The notes beneath the pieces are model-generated. The model did not search any database. It was given only the letters and a program-made list of their open reading frames with translations, and was not told where the DNA came from. A DNA stretch of 32,000 bases, taken from positions 1 to 32,000 of the forward strand of contig NZ_PQWO01000014.1 of assembly GCF_003231495.1 (NCBI RefSeq), in the 5' to 3' direction. A program made the position numbers and the translations under genes. The stretch's first letter is position 1, and each line of letters opens with the position of its first letter. The DNA comes from Acaryochloris thomasi RCC1774 (GTDB lineage Bacteria; Cyanobacteriota; Cyanobacteriia; Thermosynechococcales; Thermosynechococcaceae). Shown here in pieces: positions 9,909 through 19,079 of this stretch.

Positions 9909-10865
9909 ATGTTTAAGTCTGGAACGAGGCGGCTATTCTTTCGCCTGCTGTTTTTGCTATTGCTGGGTGTGGGGTTTGTGATTGCTTGGCATCGCTTGCG
10001 CTTCGATGGGGAAGCTTTTTTGGAAACGCTCCGACAGTTTGGCCCTACTTCTTTGGGGACAGGTCTAGTCATTGTCCTTGTCCAAATCGCGTTCCAGATC
10101 TCTCGCCTCTGGGTACTTTGCCCGCCAACGGTAGGTGTTTCCTGGCGGCAGGCGGCACGATCTTTTACCTCTGGGCAATTTGTCGGAAATTTTATTCAAG
10201 GACAGGCCGGACATGCGGTCAAGGTGGCTGTTCTCCGGCAGCCTGCGAATGCTCAGGGGCGGCAAATGGCGACGGCGGAATCGACGGCTATTGTGTTCGT
10301 CGATAAGGTGATGGATATCTTAATGTTGCTGGGGCTAACGGGACTGGCGGTCCTGCAGCTCGGGTTACTGGCACGGAGCTGGCGCTATTTCGACCATAAT
10401 TTGCTGTGGGGCATTCCGGTGGCGGCGGTTGCGATCGCAATCTTGATCTATGTTCTCCGCCGCTGTTCAGGGCGCATTCAGCGTGGGCTGGCGGATTTCA
10501 AAAAGGGTTTGGCCGTCGTCAAGGTACCGATGCAGTTAGGCCAAGGCATCACAATGGGGCTGGGAGACTGGTTTACTGAAGGCCTGCTTTTGCAGGTGCT
10601 CTGTGTCGCTCAAGGGTTTCCGCTATCGCCCGCTCAGTTGATGGTGAGCCTATTTATTCTAAATGTCGGCATTTCAATCCCCATTTCTGTGGCTAACGTA
10701 GGGACGTTTGAGGCTGCGCTAATTTTTGCCTTGACGCGATTTGGCGTACCGCTGGTGCAGGGGGTTGCGATCGCAACCTTATTTCATCTTTACCAAATGC
10801 TCGGCATTGCCCTGTGGATGCTGGTGATGCTTCCAAAAAATGTCAAAGCTGAGATGCAGGGATAA
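9909..10865 (+). CDS. Flippase-like / lysylphosphatidylglycerol-synthase-TM-region (UPF0104) family membrane protein
   Basis: 318-aa polytopic membrane protein. The N-terminus RRLFFRLLFLLLLGVGFVIAW and overall architecture are typical of UPF0104/HpnL-like proteins. The family call is from memory. Confidence 0.65.
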   Translation: MFKSGTRRLFFRLLFLLLLGVGFVIAWHRLRFDGEAFLETLRQFGPTSLGTGLVIVLVQIAFQISRLWVLCPPTVGVSWRQAARSFTSGQFVGNFIQGQAGHAVKVAVLRQPANAQGRQMATAESTAIVFVDKVMDILMLLGLTGLAVLQLGLLARSWRYFDHNLLWGIPVAAVAIAILIYVLRRCSGRIQRGLADFKKGLAVVKVPMQLGQGITMGLGDWFTEGLLLQVLCVAQGFPLSPAQLMVSLFILNVGISIPISVANVGTFEAALIFALTRFGVPLVQGVAIATLFHLYQMLGIALWMLVMLPKNVKAEMQG

Positions 10866-11028
10866 TAGCTTTTGAGACGATTTGCCCGAACTTCTAAGCA
10901 CTCGACCCTTATAGAAGTAAGATTGGCGCTGTTCATGATAAATTCACACACAGTGAGCGCTTCTAATATTACGGAGCCAAGCAACGATTACAGGATTTTC
11001 TGTCAAGCTGAAGGACACCTCTATTGCA

Positions 11029-11469
11029 ATGAACTCAAGCCTTCTCTTTACACCTACGCTATCAGCTCTACTCAAAAATAGACCTGCCTGTCTCGCCGTA
11101 TCTGGTGCCACTATGCTTCACCTGACCCTGATGTCATTAGGATTGCCAAGCTGGCAATGCCCACTTCGCTATGGCTTGAATATACCTTGCCCTGGCTGTG
11201 GTCTGTCACGCTCTGTTGCGGCTCTCGCTCACGGACATTGGCATGATGCGGTCAACATTCATGCATTTTTCCCTCTCATGATGGCTGCTATTCTACTGAT
11301 ATTGGTAGCCAGTTTTTTGACTGACACTGCTAGGCTTTCTCTCGCGAATCGTTTAGAAAATGTAGAGGTTGACTTTGGAATTACAAATTTTATCTTAGTA
11401 GCCTTTGTTATCTACTGGTTAGTTCGGCTGCTGTTTTTCTCTAGCATTTTGTATCGGTTAGTTATGTGA
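11029..11469 (+). CDS. DUF2752-family membrane protein
   Basis: CPLRYGLNIPCPGCGLSRS matches the DUF2752 CP..G..CPGCG.TR signature and is followed by TM helices. Confidence 0.7.
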   Translation: MNSSLLFTPTLSALLKNRPACLAVSGATMLHLTLMSLGLPSWQCPLRYGLNIPCPGCGLSRSVAALAHGHWHDAVNIHAFFPLMMAAILLILVASFLTDTARLSLANRLENVEVDFGITNFILVAFVIYWLVRLLFFSSILYRLVM

Positions 11470-11771
11470 TACCTTTATCTCTAGATTTTGTTTTGAGATG
11501 GGGGATAAGAGTTGTGGCTTTAGTGGCTTCTATATTGGCGATTGCAACCTCAATTGGTTCAATTGTTTGTTGGATTATTGTGTTAACAAAACTTTTCCCC
11601 TCAGAAGGTGTGGGTTTAGGGATTTTGGGAATTATTTGCGGTCTCTACACCTTTATCTGGGGATGGCAAAATGTCAATCAGCACGATATTAAAAATATTA
11701 TGTTGATTTGGAGTTTTTGCTTTGGGATGGGGATAGTCCTGAACGGCGTATTGACTGTGGCTGCTTCGTAG
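11466..11771 (+). CDS. Small hydrophobic protein (about 3 predicted TM helices), function unknown
   Basis: 101-aa ORF whose GTG start overlaps the stop of the DUF2752 gene (ATGTGA). A hairpin plus T-run follows it. No recognisable motif. Confidence 0.45.
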   Translation: MIPLSLDFVLRWGIRVVALVASILAIATSIGSIVCWIIVLTKLFPSEGVGLGILGIICGLYTFIWGWQNVNQHDIKNIMLIWSFCFGMGIVLNGVLTVAAS

Positions 11772-11804
11772 GAGTCGAAAGAAAAAATTTGTATATTCGT
11801 CACC

Positions 11805-11842
11805 AATGATGTGTGCTGCTCGTACCAGGCACATCATTTTTT
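11805..11842 (+). terminator. Rho-independent terminator candidate for the 8911-11771 plus-strand unit
   Basis: AATGATGTG (11805-11813) pairs with CACATCATT (11830-11838) and runs into TTTTTT (11837-11842). It lies 34 nt after the stop at 11771. Confidence 0.55.
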
Positions 11843-11879
11843 GTATCAGTCTTCGGTTAGTAGGCTGTGAGCAAAGTTC

Positions 11880-12437
11880 TCACGCCTGCTTGAGACCCAA
11901 CCGAATCCGAATGAAGGTGGCTCCCATAAATAACAGAGGACTCAATAAAAATCCTGTGATCACCAAATGCAGCGGAAAGTGAAAATAAAGCCACCAAAGC
12001 AGCAAAATTCCGGTACTGGAGTCGATGTGGTCAAAGATAAAAAAGAGAGGGCTACTCTGAGCACCGGCTGGAATCTGTAGCCGCCGTTTGACAAAAGAGT
12101 TGGGTAGCTCAGCAAGGTTACAGGCAAAACCGATCAGCAGCCCGTATTCTAAGGTACTGACGTCAGCAAAGCTCATCCAGGCATCTGGCACGACCGGACT
12201 GTAGTGTTCCAATACCTGGAAGCAAAATGTAGCCAGTAGATGCGTCAGCGGTAGGCTTAAAAGACCGCGCCAGCGTTTATTCTCACCAAACCATTCTCGC
12301 TGAATAGGGTGATTAGCCCACTCTAAAAGGGAAGTCTGCCAGAGATAGGCTTCCAGGATGCCAGCGGCAAACAGACCCAACAGTAACCAGATGAGGTTAA
12401 ATGAGTCTTGAATCAACTGGTTAGCTGCAGAAGGCAT
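11880..12437 (-). CDS. CDP-archaeol synthase-like (CarS/DUF46 family) integral membrane protein
   Basis: GENKRWRGLL parallels the archaeal CarS GDGKTWRGF. NSFVKRRL parallels GSFIKRRF. C-terminal PLLFMGATFIRIRLGLK parallels PLLHMGINYIAYRLNLK. The comparison is with the A. fulgidus CarS sequence as I recall it. Confidence 0.65.
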   Translation of the reverse strand: MPSAANQLIQDSFNLIWLLLGLFAAGILEAYLWQTSLLEWANHPIQREWFGENKRWRGLLSLPLTHLLATFCFQVLEHYSPVVPDAWMSFADVSTLEYGLLIGFACNLAELPNSFVKRRLQIPAGAQSSPLFFIFDHIDSSTGILLLWWLYFHFPLHLVITGFLLSPLLFMGATFIRIRLGLKQA

Positions 12438-13743
12438 GACGGTTCCCTTGAGACAATTGATTTTAGAAGCAGATCTGATCTACTGTCCATCGGGAATTCG
12501 GTCTCGTTCCCAGACTGTAGCGGCTTCTCTGACCTCTGAAACGTTTACATGGCAGGAAGGGAACCACTCTCAAACACTCAATCTGTCGGATATTCTGAAT
12601 GTCTCCCCTTCGCCAGCAAAAGAGGCCGTGGAATTTATCGTGACGGCCTGTCCACTGCGGCGTCGGCATCAATGGACCCAGGTGCGACGACGAGTGATAG
12701 AGACTTATACGTTCTCTTGTTCAGAGGATTTGCGATCGCAATGGCTGTCAGCATTTTCTCAACTCCTCCGCACCCCTGCGAAACATCTAGTCGTGATCCT
12801 CAACACCACTAGCGGGCAAAGGCGGGGACTGCAACTCTTTGAGCGTGTCCGCCCGCTGCTAGAAGCGAGTCAAATTCAGGTAACGGTGGCAGAGTCTAAA
12901 AATGGTTCCCAGACGCGGCAATTGATCCAATCGCTAAACCTAGCTGAGTTCGATGGTCTAGTGGTGGTGGGCGGTGATGGTACCGTTCACGATGTGATTA
13001 ATGGACTGATGCAGCGCTCGGACGCGGCAACCGCGATTCAAACACCTATCGGCGTCATTCCGGCAGGGACAGGCAATGGCCTCTGTCAGTCTCTGTTAGC
13101 GCAGGCGGGTGAACCCTACGATGTGATGTCAGCAGGATTTGCGATCGCAAAGGGCCACCCCCAGCCCTTAGATATTTTGCAGGTCCAGCAAGACGGGCAG
13201 CTATCCTACGGTATTCTCTCGCTAGCGTGGGGACTCATCAGTGATAGCGACCTCGCCTCAGATCGTTTACGTTGGCTAGGGCCGCTGAGGGATGATATCT
13301 GCGCGCTGCTGCTGATTGCTCGCCTGCGCGCTTATCCTGGACGTCTTGTGTTTGAGCATGAAGGTCGAAAACAGACTATTGAAGATGAATTCATTGCGGT
13401 GTGGGGCATGAATGTCCCCTGGGCCGCCTCCAATATGTTCGTGGCTCCCAACGCCGAGCGTGCCGGAGGAAAACTAGACCTCCTGATGGTGCGTCGGGGC
13501 GCCTCCCGATGGCGGTTGCTCCAAGCTTTTTCACAGCTTGATACGGGAGGACACGTCCAGTTCGCAGAGGTGGACTGCTTCAAGACCAGCCGATTGACTC
13601 TAACACCTGAAAAGCGATGCGGAACGCTAGCGATTGACGGGGAACCCGTTTCCTATGGCAAAACTGAAATGACAGTATTGCCTATACTGAGTTACTTCTT
13701 CGCTTTGACAAGAAGTGACTCAGTATTTGGGCCGCGAAATTGA
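12436..13743 (+). CDS. Diacylglycerol-kinase/sphingosine-kinase-like lipid kinase with an N-terminal extension of about 115 aa
   Basis: HLVVILNTTSGQRRG, VVVGGDGTVHDVINGL and IPAGTGNGL are the DAGK catalytic-domain motifs. The N-terminal 115 aa precede the kinase core. Confidence 0.8.
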   Translation: MTVPLRQLILEADLIYCPSGIRSRSQTVAASLTSETFTWQEGNHSQTLNLSDILNVSPSPAKEAVEFIVTACPLRRRHQWTQVRRRVIETYTFSCSEDLRSQWLSAFSQLLRTPAKHLVVILNTTSGQRRGLQLFERVRPLLEASQIQVTVAESKNGSQTRQLIQSLNLAEFDGLVVVGGDGTVHDVINGLMQRSDAATAIQTPIGVIPAGTGNGLCQSLLAQAGEPYDVMSAGFAIAKGHPQPLDILQVQQDGQLSYGILSLAWGLISDSDLASDRLRWLGPLRDDICALLLIARLRAYPGRLVFEHEGRKQTIEDEFIAVWGMNVPWAASNMFVAPNAERAGGKLDLLMVRRGASRWRLLQAFSQLDTGGHVQFAEVDCFKTSRLTLTPEKRCGTLAIDGEPVSYGKTEMTVLPILSYFFALTRSDSVFGPRN

Positions 13744-14196
13744 TTTCGTCCGTGTTTTGAGATTCCCAAATATCAGCACCCGCATATTCCTGAAATGAGT
13801 AACACAGCAGCCCAAGACTATCTCAACCTTAATGAACTTCAATAGGGACACTAGCTTATCAGGAGGTTGAGATCCAGTAACGGTAGGGCAACAGATTGAA
13901 ATGCTCCATCAATAGAAAAATTTTTGGTTTGCGATCGCACAATTTAAATCGATCACCTCAACCTTGCAAGAGTGAATAAGAAGCTGAAAACTTGATATCT
14001 AGTATAAACAGCTACACTATTTCGAGCAGTGTAAAAGCTGTCTGTCATGGCAGAATGCATTTATGTACTCAGTACAGATAACCGATAATAGTGTTTTTCA
14101 AGTTGTTGAATAAGATGTCACTGTCCTCATAAATCTATTAAATATAATCTTGTAGAAAAATAATCTCACCCAAAAAACTTCCTGATAAAACTAATC

Positions 14197-14216
14197 AATG
14201 TATACGTGTATACATT
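14197..14216. repeat. Perfect 9-bp inverted repeat with 2-nt spacer (AATGTATAC GT GTATACATT)
   Basis: Read directly from the sequence. It lies in the 865-bp AT-rich gap, about 390 bp upstream of the first island gene. Confidence 0.8.
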
Positions 14217-14608
14217 CTATATTCGAGGTGAGCGTGTAAAGTAATCACCTAATGTCAGTTAGCTCAGTTAGCTTAAATAAATTCCTCAGCATCATTCCGA
14301 GTTGAAAAGCATCTAAAGCCCGGGTAGTTAGAGTTTTAACTAACGTATCTACTATTCAAAATGTTTCAATAAATAATTTTTATCTAAGTGGTCTAGCACG
14401 CTTCATTATTTACCTTGCCCCCGCCTTCTCAAGCTTTTCCAGTAAGGCAGCCTACTCTTGCTGCATAGACTAGTTTTCTTTATAAGTAATATTCACGGTT
14501 AATAGGAGTTCGCCTCGAAAGCCTTTTAATACTATCCTTGTATCTAAAATTTCGTTAACCAGCAAAATATTTCTTGGATTTAGCAATCCGTAGCCATGAG
14601 TGAAGTCA

Positions 14609-15463
14609 ATGACGCTATCATCCTCTACCTTATCTCCTTCTCATTCAGCCACACGCGAGCCTGTTATTGAAGCCTATCTTTTAGAGCGTCGCATAACATT
14701 TATGACAACTCCTACATTAGTGAATGTCATCAGCGATATGTGCACATGTGGCAAGAAGTTTGTGGTCGCTAACTACAACGTTCACGGTTTTAATCTTTCA
14801 ATGCAGTTGCCATGGCTCGATGGCTTTCACAAGACTGCAAACATCACCCACTGTGATGGGATGGGAATCATAAAACTGGTCAATATTTTAGGACTCAAGC
14901 TGCCAAAAGAGTATAAAAATTCATACACACTTTTGATGCCTGAGCTTTTAGAGCGATGCAACGAGAGGCAATTCTCAGTCTACCTTCTGGGAGGGAAGCC
15001 AGAGCAGCTCACGAATGCCCTCATTAATTTAAAGAACAGATATAGTGAAGCTCATTTCTCAGGACATGACGGCTACTTTTCGGTCCATGATTCTAATCGA
15101 AACGAAAGCATAATCAACGAGATTAATGCGATTAAACCAAATGTTTTGATTGTCGGCATGGGTATGCCTCTTCAAGAGCAGTGGGTTGACCTATACAGAG
15201 ATAGGATAGATGTTAATGCGATTATGCTAGGTGGAGCAGTAATTGATCGGTTCGCAGGTTTAGTTCCTGATTGTCCTCATTACATTTCGGATCTAGGACT
15301 AGAATGGTTATTCCGATTGCTAAGAGAACCAAGGCGACTGATGGGTCGTTACCTACTCGGAAATCCAGTCTTTTTATTGAATATTGCCTTGGCATCTGCC
15401 CTTGGAATTCGTCCTTTGACTATTGGTCGGGTTGATGAGAACTGGCAAGAGATTATTCCGTAA
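14609..15463 (+). CDS. WecG/TagA/CpsF-family glycosyltransferase
   Basis: ..THCDGMGII.., VYLLGGKPE.., IVGMGMPLQEQW and GLEWLFRLLREPRRL match the family pattern seen in E. coli WecG (GLEWLYRLLSQPSR). The start could be GTG 14600 or ATG 14609. Confidence 0.8.
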   Translation: MTLSSSTLSPSHSATREPVIEAYLLERRITFMTTPTLVNVISDMCTCGKKFVVANYNVHGFNLSMQLPWLDGFHKTANITHCDGMGIIKLVNILGLKLPKEYKNSYTLLMPELLERCNERQFSVYLLGGKPEQLTNALINLKNRYSEAHFSGHDGYFSVHDSNRNESIINEINAIKPNVLIVGMGMPLQEQWVDLYRDRIDVNAIMLGGAVIDRFAGLVPDCPHYISDLGLEWLFRLLREPRRLMGRYLLGNPVFLLNIALASALGIRPLTIGRVDENWQEIIP

Positions 15464-15591
15464 GTAAGTTCCTGAAATGAGAGGATTGAAGCATTGCCTA
15501 TAATTGGGCCATCTTTGTCGACGCATACATCCACGCTGTCTTTCCCCACTGATGTTGATTTTCTAGAAAACAAACGACGTGAACCTAAATT

Positions 15592-16581
15592 ATGGTTTTT
15601 GATTCCAAAGTCAGCATTATAATTCCGGCATTTAATGTTGCATCTTATCTTCAATCAGCTCTTGAGTCCGTTGAAAGGCAGTCCTACCAAAACTTCGAAG
15701 CAATTGTTGTTAACGATGGCTCAACTGACAATACGGCTGAGATAGCTAGCTCCTTTTGTGAGTGTGACAGCAGATTTCACCTGCTATCTAAACCGAATGG
15801 TGGACTTTCATCTGCGAGGAACTATGGCATCAGACACAGTCAGGGAGAGTACATTGCTCTTTTAGATGGTGATGACGTCTATGAACCCGATAAATTACTC
15901 AATCACGTTTTTCATCTAGATCGATTGCTTAATGTGGGTGTTGTTTACAGTGCTTCAAGAGCCATTCGTGAAGATGGGCAGTCTACGCCAATGTACTTGA
16001 GCGGAAAACCTGTTAAACAGAATGACTTGGCAGCGCTTTTGTGTAAGAACTTTGTAGGTCATGGCTCCAATAGTATATTTCGCCGCTGTATTTTTGAGGA
16101 GATAGGTGAATTTGATGAAAGACTTAAAAGCTGTGAAGATTTAGATTTTTGGTTGAGAGTTGCTTCGGCTGGGCGGTGGCAGTTTTACCGCGAGTCAAAA
16201 ATTTTATGTCAGTATCGAGTGCGCCCATCTGGTCTTTCTTTTAATGTGACAGAGATGCAGCGCTGCAACGAAAGAGTGCTTGAAATGGCCCGTAACAGAA
16301 TGCCTAGCCTAGTCGAACCACTTCTCCCAACAGCTAATGCTTACATGTATCGCTATCTAGCACGTTTATCCTTGACTGCGGGCAATATAGGTGATGCTCG
16401 TAAATTTATTGACAAAGCATTATCATCTGATCGTTCTATCTTTCTTCTCGACTGGCGATCTTTCCTCACCCTTATGTCAGTTCGCTTAGCTCCCATCTCT
16501 AAGATAATGCTTCACTTAGCCTTGGGTTCACATAAGTCTCTAAGCCAGACGCCTTTGATTAGCCTTAACCAAAAAAGATAA
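15592..16581 (+). CDS. Family 2 glycosyltransferase
   Basis: VSIIIPAFNVASYLQSALESVERQSYQNFEAIVVNDGSTDNT, plus GEYIALLDGDD (DxD). Confidence 0.85.
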   Translation: MVFDSKVSIIIPAFNVASYLQSALESVERQSYQNFEAIVVNDGSTDNTAEIASSFCECDSRFHLLSKPNGGLSSARNYGIRHSQGEYIALLDGDDVYEPDKLLNHVFHLDRLLNVGVVYSASRAIREDGQSTPMYLSGKPVKQNDLAALLCKNFVGHGSNSIFRRCIFEEIGEFDERLKSCEDLDFWLRVASAGRWQFYRESKILCQYRVRPSGLSFNVTEMQRCNERVLEMARNRMPSLVEPLLPTANAYMYRYLARLSLTAGNIGDARKFIDKALSSDRSIFLLDWRSFLTLMSVRLAPISKIMLHLALGSHKSLSQTPLISLNQKR

Positions 16582-16699
16582 GTATTATTTCTAGAGTATC
16601 AAGTCTACTGTCTCATGACTTTTTTATCCACGAATGAGTCTCTTTACTTGAACCAGATTCCAACAAGCTAATCCAAATTATAATGGAGACTTTGATATA

Positions 16700-17584
16700 G
16701 TGCAGTTAGCTTATGTTTCGGTAATTGTTCCGGTTTTTAATGATATAGAACGCTTGGAAAAATGCCTGAGGGCTTTGGAGGAGCAAACATATCCGAAGCA
16801 TCTATACGAAGTTATAGTCATTGATAATAATTCTGATGAGGATATTGAATGTTTAGTGGCTAGCTTCAAGCACGTAAAACTAAGCTTTGAAGCTAAGCAA
16901 GGTTCATATGCAGCAAGAAACAAAGGTATTTCCCTATCTGTGGGCGAAATATTCTCTTTTACTGATTCAGACTGTATACCTAGACCTCAGTGGATCGAGA
17001 AAGGAGTTGAAGCTTTAGAGTCCAATAATGCTGACTTAGTAGGTGGAAAAGTAGAATTCACATTCTCATCTGAAAGGACTGCTGCTGAAATTTATGATTC
17101 TGTGACAAATATGCAAATAGAAAAAAATATAGCTAGTAGAAAAATTAGCAAAACGGCTAATTTATTTGTTCGGAAAACTGTCTTCTCTGAAATTGGTTTA
17201 TTCCCAGGTAATCTTAAGTCAGGTGGAGATGTTATTTGGACTAAGAGGGCAACTGACGCAAATTTTTACTTAGTATACTCTTCTGAAGCATGTGTATTAC
17301 ATCCAGCACGTAAGCTAGTATCAATGCTCAGGAAACAGTATCGGGTCGGTTCTGGTCAACCGTCTATATGGCTAGAGCAAGGGCAGTCATTGACGCAAAT
17401 TTTTAGCAATATTATATTTGGGTTTAGACCTCCTTCACGCAAGCAAATTCAGCAAAACTGTATAGACCGTGCGCGTGAGATTCGCTCTAGCTACATATCT
17501 ATTTGGCGGGTTGCTTGGTTGTGTACTATCGCAACAAGCTTAGGACGTTTAAGTGGTTTTTTTATGTTTTATTCAGCGAAATGA
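16700..17584 (+). CDS. Family 2 glycosyltransferase (paralog of 25004-25960)
   Basis: VSVIVPVFNDIERLEKCL..QTY..YEVIVIDNNS and FTDSDC. GTG start with GGAGA upstream. Confidence 0.8.
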   Translation: MQLAYVSVIVPVFNDIERLEKCLRALEEQTYPKHLYEVIVIDNNSDEDIECLVASFKHVKLSFEAKQGSYAARNKGISLSVGEIFSFTDSDCIPRPQWIEKGVEALESNNADLVGGKVEFTFSSERTAAEIYDSVTNMQIEKNIASRKISKTANLFVRKTVFSEIGLFPGNLKSGGDVIWTKRATDANFYLVYSSEACVLHPARKLVSMLRKQYRVGSGQPSIWLEQGQSLTQIFSNIIFGFRPPSRKQIQQNCIDRAREIRSSYISIWRVAWLCTIATSLGRLSGFFMFYSAK

Positions 17585-18657
17585 AACTCTATGATTTTAT
17601 TGTTGAAAGTGCTAACTCGGCCCTGCCTTTTCAAAATAATTCGACAGGCAGTATGCCAGCGGGCCACAACGGTTTATACCATGACTTAGAAACTCCTGTA
17701 AGAAATACTTCACATTGGCTTATTACTTTTTTAAAGGCATATTCAATATCTCATGATCAGAGATTTCTCAGAGCTGCTGAGTTTTCAGCTCAGTACTTAT
17801 GTAAGAGTGAAGTAAGGCCAATGGGAGCCACATTTTGGCACCGCCAGAATCCTGAAAAAGATGCATGCAATGGTCTTATTGGTCAAGCGTGGACGATTGA
17901 AGCATTAGCAATAGCTGCTCAGAAACTGGAAATGCCTGAGTTGTTAGACTTGGCACAGGAAGTGTTTCTACTTCATCCATTTAATGAAGAAGCTGGGCTT
18001 TGGCAACGGGTTGGTGTTGATGGGAGTTACTTATCGTTCGATTTAACATTTAATCACCAGTTGTGGTTTGCTGCTGCAGGCAGTTTGATAGCAAAATATG
18101 GTTCTAGCGAAATTGATAGGCAGGTTCAGTGCTTTATCAGTAAGATCCCGAATCTCTTCAATACTTACGCTTCGGGGCTTATCTATCATTTGATTATTCC
18201 CAAGCCTGTAGGATTTCGGCAAAAACTTGTGAATCTAATTGAAGAGCAAAAGTCAATCCAGAAGCGTAAGATGTTGGCTTATAAAGCTATTGGATACCAT
18301 AGCTTTAACCTTTATGCTTTTGCACTGTTGAAGAATCAGTATCCAAGTCAAGAAATTTGGAGAAGCAAAAAAATTAAAAAATCTCTGTTATATGCTAAAT
18401 CAAGCCAGTACTTTAGAGATGTGCAGAATAACAAATATGGCTACCCATATAACCCTGCCGGGTTTGAAATACCTTTTTCTCTCCATGCCTTCAACGTTTG
18501 TGACCGATCAGAACAAGAAAAATGGATTTCTTCTCAATTTAATATATGTTTTGACTTCAGTGAGAATATGATGTCTAAGAATACAGACGATCCAAATACT
18601 CATTCTGCGAGAATCTACGAAGCAACAAGACTATCTAATATGGAGGTTGTAAGATAA
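17581..18657 (+). CDS. Uncharacterised 358-aa soluble protein; possibly an AglQ-like or alpha/alpha-toroid enzyme (weak recollection)
   Basis: ATG 17581 overlaps the preceding stop (ATGA), implying translational coupling. Motif GSMPAGHNGLYHDLETPVRNTSHW and NGLIGQAWTIEAL. No confident family assignment. Confidence 0.6.
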   Translation: MKLYDFIVESANSALPFQNNSTGSMPAGHNGLYHDLETPVRNTSHWLITFLKAYSISHDQRFLRAAEFSAQYLCKSEVRPMGATFWHRQNPEKDACNGLIGQAWTIEALAIAAQKLEMPELLDLAQEVFLLHPFNEEAGLWQRVGVDGSYLSFDLTFNHQLWFAAAGSLIAKYGSSEIDRQVQCFISKIPNLFNTYASGLIYHLIIPKPVGFRQKLVNLIEEQKSIQKRKMLAYKAIGYHSFNLYAFALLKNQYPSQEIWRSKKIKKSLLYAKSSQYFRDVQNNKYGYPYNPAGFEIPFSLHAFNVCDRSEQEKWISSQFNICFDFSENMMSKNTDDPNTHSARIYEATRLSNMEVVR

Positions 18658-19079
18658 CTGCGTCTCATCAGCTTCAAGATATGCGAACGTTTTTTCTATT
18701 TAATTGGACTCAGTTTTGTCGATTTTGATAGAATCTTGCGTATTGCTTATATAAGATGAGAATATGCCTCACCTCTAATGTGATTAAGCAGTAAAAATGA
18801 GATTTTGATAATGTATTATTGTGATTTTATGCCGATTTCGCCTATGTTTTTTTGATTGGTTGCAGCCCTTTAATTATAGTGCTGTGAAAAGAGTTATCTC
18901 TTTTAATCTAAGCATTCTGTAACAAAAAAATTATCTATTCGTGTAATTCAGCACTCCATTGAAAAAGAACTAAAAGCTCAATCCTGTCGTTTCTGGTATA
19001 CCTCTTAATCTTTTTTGCACTTGTTTGTAAAAGAGACTCGCCGCTTCTTGCTGAATACTTTGCATGCTTACACTCGCCT

